Below are positions 1-7,540 of a stretch of DNA of 64,000 nucleotides, piece after piece. The notes beneath the pieces are model-generated. The model had not been told where the DNA came from. It worked only from the letters and a program-made list of their open reading frames with translations, and ran no database searches. Position 1 is the stretch's first letter, and every line of letters starts with the position of its first letter. Source of the DNA: Mantamonas sphyraenae STR306 (lineage: Eukaryota > Protista > CRuMs); contig JAPMXV010000013.1 of NCBI GenBank assembly GCA_026936335.1, forward strand, positions 183,156 through 247,155. Reading direction: 5' to 3'. The translations under genes were made by a program, and so were the position numbers.

Positions 1-440
1 GGCAGCGGCAAAGAAGAAGGCTGAGGATGAGGCAGCGGCCAAGAAGAAAGCTGAGGATGAGGCAGCGGCCAAGAAGAAGGCTGAGGATGAAGCAGCAGCC
101 CAGAAGAAGGCTGAGGATGAGGCAGCGGCCAAGAAGAAAGCTGAGGATGAGGCAGCAGCAAAGAAGAAAGCTGAGGATGAGGCAGCGGCCAAGAAGAAGG
201 CTGAGGATGAGGCAGCGGCCAAGAAGAAGGCGGAGGATGAGGCAGCAGCAAAGAAGAAAGCTGAGGATGAGGCAGCGGCCAAGAAGAAGGCTGAGGATGA
301 GGCAGCGGCCAAGAAGAAGGCTGAGGATGAGGCAGCAACAAAGAAGAAGGCTGAGGAGGAAGCATCAGCAGCCCAGAAGAAGGCTGAGGATGAGGCAGCG
401 GCCAAGAAGAAGGCTGAGGATGAGGCAGCAGCAAAGAAGA
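1..440 (+). repeat. Coding tandem repeat, 30-nt unit (gaggcagcggccaagaagaaggctgaggat), about 14 copies, continues off the window edge
   Basis: Directly visible near-identical units with mostly synonymous variation. Encodes (EAAAKKKAED)n. Confidence 0.95.
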
Positions 441-1981
441 ATGCCGATCAGGAAGCCCCCAAGGACAAGCCCACATCATCAACAAAGGCCACAAACAGTG
501 GAACGTCCAGCAAGAAGAAAGCGCTGAATGCATCCACTGGCAATGCCAACACCGGCCTGGAGAGCACAAAGGCCAAGCAGAAAGGCAAGAAACCGGCTGC
601 TCCGTCCACAGCCAACCACAAGGCTCAGGAGGCCATTCGCAAGGTGCATACCAAGCCCAAGACAAAAGTGCGCCCCACAAAGCCCCCCAAACCTGTCGAC
701 ACCGCCATGCAGGGTGTGCCCGCCACCGAGGACGAAACCGCGGTCATCCGCGCTGCTTTTGAGCCCCTTGCTTCCCTCAGTGCAGTGGACATCACCGAGA
801 TGGCTGCCTTCAAGGTGCCTCCCATGACAGTGCAGCTCGTGTGCTCTTCGCTCATGCCCGTCATCGGACAGCCTGACGACTGGTCCACAGCATCCAAGCA
901 CATGCAGGAAGGCGCAGATTTGATCCGGAAGCTCGCCAATGTCGACGTACGCTACCTTTCTGCTCGTCAACGTGGCAAAATCCGCAAGCACATCTCCGGG
1001 CTCGATTTCGACGCCATCGCAAGCATATCTGTTGCCGCTGCATCTCTCTTTCGCTTCGAACAGGGAATACTTGAAGCTTGCAACGTCGTGCAAGGCATCA
1101 AAGACCGCGGCGGAGCACTTCCATCCCCTGCAACGCTGCATGGCGACGACGCACATGCTGCGATCAACCCCGACCAGCCATCACAACAACCCAAGAAAGA
1201 AGCCACTCAGGGCAAGCGCAGGCGCAAGAAGCCACCCACGCCTCAGGAAGGCGCGCCGCCCAAACCTCCTGCAGACAGTAGCGATCATGACAACCTGGAC
1301 CAGCTGCTGGCAGACAGCGGCGAGGCTGCGGACACGGGAATGGCCACCGTGCGCAAGCCGACCACCAAGCGAAACCAACGTACGCAGCGCTCGCAGCACA
1401 ACCGCACCACCTCTTCCACACAGTCCACAACATCGACAAACAACGACAACAACAACAACCGCAACGCACAACCGCAGCGCCGCAAGAAGAAGGCTCGCCG
1501 ACCACGCAAGCGCAAACAGCCAGCAGAGCTTGTTCAGCATGAGCTCGCCGTCCTTGAGGACGAGTTGCAAAAGATCCAAGCACGGCTGTCCAAGCTCACC
1601 AAGATCGACCGGCGCAACCTGCTCAAGGACGAACAAGCCCGGGAACGCATGTTTCAGAATCGCGTCAACAAGGAGACCGACATCGGCCTGCCCAAGTACG
1701 ACGCCCTGACCGACCCGCACTGTACCTACACACGCAATCCCCGCGTCAAGAAGCTCATGCATGTCGAAAGCGTCGAGCTGCCCTCCATCAAACCCGTTTA
1801 CACGTTTTCCGTCGTCAAACTCGACGACGACAAGGTGGTTCACTCGGACGACGGACGTGTTCTCCTCCAACCCTACAAAACCAGTCGCAATCATCAGCAA
1901 AAGGCAATGGAGCGGCTTGCTCAACGGCAGCCGCCGCCGCCAGCTGCGGACCAGCCACAGGAGGTCAATCCTGCCAATTGA
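2..1981 (+). CDS. 5'-truncated protein: EAAAKKKAED charged-helix repeat, dynein heavy-chain MTBD-like domain, low-complexity linker and C-terminal coiled coil
   Basis: Frame 2 is open from position 2 (gca gcg gca aag aag aag gct gag gat gag) through the listed ORF 644..1981. The segment LASLSAVDITEMAAFKVPPMTVQLVCSSL...DW...LIRKLANVD...KIRKHI...FDAIASISVAAASL resembles the dynein stalk-head MTBD. Confidence 0.8.
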   Translation, partial: AAAKKKAEDEAAAKKKAEDEAAAKKKAEDEAAAQKKAEDEAAAKKKAEDEAAAKKKAEDEAAAKKKAEDEAAAKKKAEDEAAAKKKAEDEAAAKKKAEDEAAAKKKAEDEAATKKKAEEEASAAQKKAEDEAAAKKKAEDEAAAKKNADQEAPKDKPTSSTKATNSGTSSKKKALNASTGNANTGLESTKAKQKGKKPAAPSTANHKAQEAIRKVHTKPKTKVRPTKPPKPVDTAMQGVPATEDETAVIRAAFEPLASLSAVDITEMAAFKVPPMTVQLVCSSLMPVIGQPDDWSTASKHMQEGADLIRKLANVDVRYLSARQRGKIRKHISGLDFDAIASISVAAASLFRFEQGILEACNVVQGIKDRGGALPSPATLHGDDAHAAINPDQPSQQPKKEATQGKRRRKKPPTPQEGAPPKPPADSSDHDNLDQLLADSGEAADTGMATVRKPTTKRNQRTQRSQHNRTTSSTQSTTSTNNDNNNNRNAQPQRRKKKARRPRKRKQPAELVQHELAVLEDELQKIQARLSKLTKIDRRNLLKDEQARERMFQNRVNKETDIGLPKYDALTDPHCTYTRNPRVKKLMHVESVELPSIKPVYTFSVVKLDDDKVVHSDDGRVLLQPYKTSRNHQQKAMERLAQRQPPPPAADQPQEVNPAN

Positions 1982-3110
1982 TTGTCACAATACCACCCAT
2001 GGTTGTCGTCTCTCGCTTCACATCCATCATTTCCCCATCGATGTCTTCCACCTGCTCGGTGTGCGTTTCCAACACTGCGTACCCGCTGAGCGCCTCTTCC
2101 ATGCTCCCAGGCACCATGGACTCTGCGGCTCGCTCTTCCTCCAGAAGTACCGACGACGATAACGACGCCGACGATGCGCCTGCGCTGCCTTCACGCAGAT
2201 GCGACGACGACGCCTCCACCAAATCCTGCACCCAGTCTTTGCCCTGTCCGTCCAGCTCTTTCGCCCATTCCGGCTCGTAGTTCAGTTCAATTCCCTGTGC
2301 AAATGCCTTTACCTTTGCTTTGTGCTCCTCCGACATCTTGGTCACGTGGCCTTCGCTCTGCAGACTCGCTTCCAGCTTCTCACGCAAGCTCACCTCCGTC
2401 TCCCCGGCCTCTTCTGAGCCCTCATCATCTCCCTCGCCAGCTTCCAGAGCCACGTACCCCAGGTCTTCCGCACTCGGTTCCCCTTGCCTGTGGATTCCCT
2501 CAAACATCATCTCCATGCGCTGTGCCTGAAAGTCGAATTCCGTCTCCTCCTCGTCCGACTCGCCGCCTAGCTGCGCATATGCTCCAAAGTCTTGGTCAAA
2601 GGAGCTGAATGCCTCCTCATACTCGTATTCCACCACCTGCACCACGGTGCCCTCGTGTTCCATGTCGTGCAGCGCGCTAGCACGTCGGATGGTGTCGTTC
2701 TTGCCCAGCTCCGCCGCCTCGCCAAACTCGGGCGTCTCGTCGCCCAAGCTCTCCTGTGCAAACGCACTGTCAAAGTCTGCAAACTCTGCAAAGCCCGCCT
2801 CTGCTTGCTCGCCCTCCTGCTGTCCCTGCTGGCCCTCGGTCTCAACCTGTGTCCAGTCCACGCCTCCGACATCCGCCTGCGTTTGCCGGGCCGCCTCCAC
2901 CCGCCGCTGCAGCATGGCAGCACTCGCCTGCTGCGCACGTTCCATGCTTGCGGCAATGGCTGCGTCCGCTAAGCTTTCACTGCCACTCTCCATCACCAGC
3001 TGCGCTCGCAGGGCCTCTTCCAGCGCCTTGGCGTCAGGAACCCGCTCCATCGCTCTCTCGCAGGTCTCTCTTGGCCCCGACCGCGCCAATCCAACCTTGG
3101 TCGTAGGCAT
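1965..3110 (-). CDS. Acidic hypothetical protein (start ATG 3110 or 3050)
   Basis: Long ORF 1965..3359 with protein-like E/D-rich composition from MPTTKV/MERVPD onward. No family recognised. Confidence 0.6.
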   Translation of the reverse strand: MPTTKVGLARSGPRETCERAMERVPDAKALEEALRAQLVMESGSESLADAAIAASMERAQQASAAMLQRRVEAARQTQADVGGVDWTQVETEGQQGQQEGEQAEAGFAEFADFDSAFAQESLGDETPEFGEAAELGKNDTIRRASALHDMEHEGTVVQVVEYEYEEAFSSFDQDFGAYAQLGGESDEEETEFDFQAQRMEMMFEGIHRQGEPSAEDLGYVALEAGEGDDEGSEEAGETEVSLREKLEASLQSEGHVTKMSEEHKAKVKAFAQGIELNYEPEWAKELDGQGKDWVQDLVEASSSHLREGSAGASSASLSSSVLLEEERAAESMVPGSMEEALSGYAVLETHTEQVEDIDGEMMDVKRETTTMGGIVTINWQD

Positions 3111-3267
3111 GACAGGTGCGTTGGGGACTCCATTCGCAGGGAGACACAGCACAGGGACACTTGGACAAGGTGCACGTGGCACACCGGACACCGCTGACAC
3201 GGCCGCGCGCCTCCACGCAGATCTCCAGGGTCTGAAAACGACCACCAATGCCAGGGGCGAAGAGGAG

Positions 3268-5700
3268 ATGAGTGTGGAGAGCTGGCAAGAGCTTCGTGCG
3301 AGGCTGGGTCTGAAGCCCCTGCGTACAGGGTCATCCAAGGCAAAGGGCAAGCAGAGCAAGAAGGCTGACGAGCCGGCTGAAGCGGAAAGCGAGCTCGATC
3401 AGGGCTCGCTGGCGTCCATCAAGGACAGGCTGGTGCAAGCACGCAAACGACGCATCCGAGCACAAGCCGAACAGAACGAAGGCGACTCGTTTTCGCTGGA
3501 GAGTGGCCTCGGGAGCACGCAGAAGGAGGCGTCGGCCGCGGAGTGGGCAGCGCAAATGCGCGCCCGCCGCGAGCGCAACAAACAGGAAACCGCAGCCAAG
3601 CTGGCAGCCGCTGACGAAGAGGACATGGACGAGGAGAACAACGCCGCGGTGGATGCATACACCACAGCACACCTGAAGGGGCTCAAGGTGGCGCACAACA
3701 CAGATGCGTTCCAGCAAGGCCAGGAGATCATCCTGACGTTGAAGGACTCGGCGGTGTTGGATGAACACGGCAACTTGAACGAAGAGGCAGACGCGTTGGA
3801 GAATGTGAATCTGCGGGACGTGGAGATTGCAGAGCGGAACAAGAAGCGCAAAAGCGCGTCCAAGGTGTACAATCCGTTTGAAGAGGACGAGTATGACGAA
3901 GAGGGAAACAAGGTGCTGCTGAGTCAGTACGACGACAAGGAGGCGCGGGAGGAAGCTGCACGCGGGTTTGTGCTGGACGGCGTCGATGCAGAGGCAGAAG
4001 CGGCAAAGCAAGCGCAGCTGGCTCGTGTGCGTGCACGTCTGCAGGCCATGGCCGGTGGGGCAAAAGCACTCAAGGCAGCGGCGGCTGAGGAGGACGACAC
4101 ACACGTGGGCGAACTGATGGATGAGGAAACACGAGAGGCCATGTCGACGATCAAGACGGGAGGAGGCAAGGACGGCAAGGAGAAGAAGAAGAAGAAGAAA
4201 AAGAAAAAGTTGCGAAAGAAGGACAAGGAGCAATCCAAGAGATTGGATGAGGCGGTGGTTGCCATGCAGGCCGAGCAAAGCAGGCGGTTGAACAGCGCAC
4301 AGATCCTCCGAGACGTTGTACTTGACGACGAGGACGCAGAGGAGGAGGCCATGGCCGATGCTCTGGCACGCACCAAGCCCAAACGTGCAAAGAAGAAGCG
4401 TGTGGAGCAGCAGCCGACACGCAGGCGCACACGCAGCATGGATCGCGAGGAACACGAGGTGGAAGAGGCCGAGGTTGCCGACCCGGCCATGGTGGACGAT
4501 GACGACAATGCACGATGGATGGCAGAGAGGCTGAAACAACGCGAGGAGCATTCAGCAAGCGCAGGCATGGACACAGAGGGCACGTCGGGTGGCACGACGG
4601 ACGACGGTGACGCACTTGTGTTTTCCTCCACAACCGACTTTTTGCAGGGGTTGCGTTCTATCCAGCGCGGCAAACAGGAACAAGAGAGTACTACGGCACG
4701 CAAGAACGCCGAGGCTGCGGCACAGGCTGTGCTGGACGAGGTGAAGCAGGAGGAAGAGGAAGAGGAGGACGACGACAAAAGGCAAAGTGGCACGCGCACG
4801 AGCAAACGCGAACCACACCTCGACGTTGAAGCAACCACAGCAGGCACCGATGCGCACAGTGATGACGATGCCATGGACACAGACGAGCCGAAAAAGACGC
4901 GTATGCCTCCGCCGCCTGGAGCTGGAGCGACAACTCGGGGTGCACAGGCAAACCCAGCGGGCGAAAACGACGAAGAGGAGGAGGAAGAGGAGGAGGAAGA
5001 GGTGGGATCGGGCCTTGCAGGTGTGTTGTCCATGTTGAAACGAACAGGCGAGCTGGCCAAGAACAGACAAAGCAGCACAGCGCGGCGTCCGTTGATTGGT
5101 GGCCAGAAGACAGTGATGGACTTGTCGTTGGGCCAGCGCGACGACGTGCTACGCGGAAAGGACACCAGTAGCCAGCCTGTGATGACGGAAGACGGTGTGG
5201 CGCTGAAGGAAGTGGTGTTGGAGTACCTGGACGAGCACGGAGTGCAGCAGACACCGCGAGAAGCGTGGAAGTCGCTTTCGCACAGTTTCCATGGCAACAA
5301 ACCCAAGCGCAAGAAGCAGGAGTTGCGCGAGAAGAAGCGACAGGAGGAGATGCGCGTGCTGAACATGGATACCAAGGACACGCCGCTGAACACGGTGAAG
5401 CGGATGCAGCAGCAGATGAAGAAGAGCAAGACGCCTTACCTGACGCTGAGTGGAAACACGGTGGTAGACCTGCAGAAAGAGGCGGAGAAGCAGATGGCGC
5501 GTGCAGAGAAGCGAGCAGCCAAGAAGAAGCGGAAGGAGGCGCGCAAAGCAGCCGAAGCGGCTGCAGGACCGCAATTGGAAATCATCAACACGGTGTCCAC
5601 CACGAGCACAAGCAGCAAGAGGAAACGGGACGAGGTGGAGGGAGAGGAAGGAGGCCAAGCAGGCGGGCAGGGTGGAGGGAAGCGAAGCCGCGTTGGATGA
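3268..5700 (+). CDS. SART1: U4/U6.U5 tri-snRNP protein SART1/Snu66
   Basis: HIND motif MSVESWQELRARLGLKPL, plus LKGLKVAH..FQQGQEIILTLKD, ENVNL, EYLDEHG..TPREAWKSLSHSFHG and DTPL..KTPYLTLSG. The ORF extension upstream of 3268 is probably not coding. Confidence 0.92.
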   Translation: MSVESWQELRARLGLKPLRTGSSKAKGKQSKKADEPAEAESELDQGSLASIKDRLVQARKRRIRAQAEQNEGDSFSLESGLGSTQKEASAAEWAAQMRARRERNKQETAAKLAAADEEDMDEENNAAVDAYTTAHLKGLKVAHNTDAFQQGQEIILTLKDSAVLDEHGNLNEEADALENVNLRDVEIAERNKKRKSASKVYNPFEEDEYDEEGNKVLLSQYDDKEAREEAARGFVLDGVDAEAEAAKQAQLARVRARLQAMAGGAKALKAAAAEEDDTHVGELMDEETREAMSTIKTGGGKDGKEKKKKKKKKKLRKKDKEQSKRLDEAVVAMQAEQSRRLNSAQILRDVVLDDEDAEEEAMADALARTKPKRAKKKRVEQQPTRRRTRSMDREEHEVEEAEVADPAMVDDDDNARWMAERLKQREEHSASAGMDTEGTSGGTTDDGDALVFSSTTDFLQGLRSIQRGKQEQESTTARKNAEAAAQAVLDEVKQEEEEEEDDDKRQSGTRTSKREPHLDVEATTAGTDAHSDDDAMDTDEPKKTRMPPPPGAGATTRGAQANPAGENDEEEEEEEEEEVGSGLAGVLSMLKRTGELAKNRQSSTARRPLIGGQKTVMDLSLGQRDDVLRGKDTSSQPVMTEDGVALKEVVLEYLDEHGVQQTPREAWKSLSHSFHGNKPKRKKQELREKKRQEEMRVLNMDTKDTPLNTVKRMQQQMKKSKTPYLTLSGNTVVDLQKEAEKQMARAEKRAAKKKRKEARKAAEAAAGPQLEIINTVSTTSTSSKRKRDEVEGEEGGQAGGQGGGKRSRVG

Positions 5701-5707
5701 AAGCTTG

Positions 5708-7336
5708 TCACTTGTTCTTCCATCGCCCCTTGCTCGTGGCACTGTCGATCTCGTTGACCCACTGCTGGGCTCCAGAGGCACCCAACTGCTCGACGAGATA
5801 GTTGCGGAACTGCTGGATGCGTTGGTAGTCCTTGATCTTGGTCAGGGACTGGATGGCAACGCCCCAGAGGGCATGGTCACGTGCGCAGTAGAAGCGCTCC
5901 TGGTCGTCCTCAATCTTGTCGGCAAACCATTCGAGGACAGAGTCTGGGGCGTGGAACCCGGCGCAGATTTCCACAAAGGGCACAAAGCCGATTTCAGAGG
6001 TGTAAGAGATGCGTCCGAGGAATCCCTTGGAAGTGACGTGCTTTTGCAATTGGTCCCAGTCCTTGAGATGTGCGCGCGCAGTGAGAGTGATCCACAGGTA
6101 GCGCCGGTCGGTTACGTCAAAGTCCTTCTTGATTCCCACGGGTGAGCTGAGCTTCTCTTTGCTCGCAAACGGGTGGTAAAACAGGCAGTAGTAAAGGGTG
6201 TCATGGAGGGGTTTGCCCAGGATCTGGGAGCGCGGAAACTCGAGGTAGATCTGCTCGGTGCCCGAGGCAGCAGCCTGGGCGTCGTAGTCCTCGATAGGCA
6301 CCTGGCGCTTGAGGAGAGAAATGTAGTCATTCACTTGTTGAGCATACCATGGCTCCTTGTAGGCGGCAAAGAGTTCCTGGCACGCCTCAAGAGCCTGTAT
6401 GCGTTCGCTGGGATCCTTCATGAGCAGGGCCTGGCGGTACTTGGTGATCCCGTGGTCAACGTGCTCTTCCATGGCGTCGTAGACGTTGCCCAGAGTTTTG
6501 GTGTCGCCCGTGTCGGCAAGATACTTTGCGTACAGAGAGAGGGCTTGCGGGTGGACGCGAATGGTCTGGAAGAAGAGGCGCGGTTGCATGGAAGTCTGCA
6601 GGTGGAGGACAACAGTGAGGACGGCATTGTCGTCGCCACTCTCCACACACAGACGCAGCAGCTCCTCCTTGTCGTGGCGTGAGTTGCAACCGGCGACATA
6701 GTACGGGGCGCCGCCTGTAAGCAGACGCTCCAGATTGCCCTGCACCGACGTGGAGCTCTCCAGCTGCTTCTCTGCACGGCGCAAGGCACGGCGAAGCGAC
6801 TCATTTTCACTTTGCAGCTGGTCGACCTTGACCAAGGCGTCCTTGAGCTGTATGCGAAGCACTTCGTCGCCAGCGTGGCTTCCCGCAGCGCCTGCACCTC
6901 CACCGCCTCCCCCGCCAAAGCTGGACTCCATGTCTGCAAAGCGACGCTCAAACTCATCAAAGCTGTCCCTGTGCTCTGGTTCGTGCGACTCGTGTGCGGC
7001 GGCATAGGCCGACACTTTTTCTGTGAGGGGCTGTTGTTGTTGCAGCTGGCGTGTCTGAACGCTCTCGGGTCGCCTGCGCTGGCGCACGGGCATGGCACGG
7101 ACGCCCGAGGAGGCGGAGGAGTCGGATGGCTGTACAGATGACTGGGAATCGTCGGTGTTCTTGCGCACAGGCGGGGAGCCGCGCACGGGAGGCGGGTTGC
7201 GGGGAGGGACCTTGGGAGGCGGTTTGTTGGGCAGTGGGATGCTGTGGGAGCTGGCCGAGTCAGTTCGGCTGCGAGATTGTTGCGGTTGGTTGGCGTAGGA
7301 TGTGCCAAGGGATCCCTTTGCGGACGTGGTGGCCAT
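5708..7336 (-). CDS. VIPAS39: VIPAS39/SPE-39 (Vps16B-like) (alternative start 7474)
   Basis: ELLRLCVESGDDNAVLTVVLHLQTSM and SSPVGIKKDFDVTDRRYLWITLTARAHLKDW..TSKGFLG..SEIGFVPFVEI match VIPAS39 motifs. There is no Vps16 N-terminal propeller. Confidence 0.8.
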   Translation of the reverse strand: MATTSAKGSLGTSYANQPQQSRSRTDSASSHSIPLPNKPPPKVPPRNPPPVRGSPPVRKNTDDSQSSVQPSDSSASSGVRAMPVRQRRRPESVQTRQLQQQQPLTEKVSAYAAAHESHEPEHRDSFDEFERRFADMESSFGGGGGGGAGAAGSHAGDEVLRIQLKDALVKVDQLQSENESLRRALRRAEKQLESSTSVQGNLERLLTGGAPYYVAGCNSRHDKEELLRLCVESGDDNAVLTVVLHLQTSMQPRLFFQTIRVHPQALSLYAKYLADTGDTKTLGNVYDAMEEHVDHGITKYRQALLMKDPSERIQALEACQELFAAYKEPWYAQQVNDYISLLKRQVPIEDYDAQAAASGTEQIYLEFPRSQILGKPLHDTLYYCLFYHPFASKEKLSSPVGIKKDFDVTDRRYLWITLTARAHLKDWDQLQKHVTSKGFLGRISYTSEIGFVPFVEICAGFHAPDSVLEWFADKIEDDQERFYCARDHALWGVAIQSLTKIKDYQRIQQFRNYLVEQLGASGAQQWVNEIDSATSKGRWKNK

Positions 7337-7540
7337 GGTGGAGGCCAGGCCGGCCTCGTCTGCGGAGCCGATGCGGAGCAACGAAGGCTGCTGCGACGGG
7401 GCAGAGCTGAGGCGAGTGCGATGCACAGGGACGTAGGAACGCCTGTCACGCGCCCAGCTGAATTCCACGCTCATGGGATGGATGTGGTGGGCTTGGCGCA
7501 GGCGGGAGCAAAACCACAGCACCGCACACAACCCGCTGCC

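Noticed and set aside
1-440. 30-nt repeats as a CRISPR array
   Set aside because: Units are contiguous with no unique spacers, they are coding, and the context is eukaryotic.
27-527. Protamine-like Arg-rich ORF (MRQRPRRKLR)n
   Set aside because: It is a shadow frame of the EAAAKKKAED repeat. Variation is mostly synonymous in frame 2, which continues into the real gene.
2647-3267. N-terminal extensions given by the ORF finder (also 32674-33135, 40991-41551, 58102-58305, 63157-63671)
   Set aside because: They overlap divergent genes or introns, and better starts exist at conserved motifs or signal peptides.
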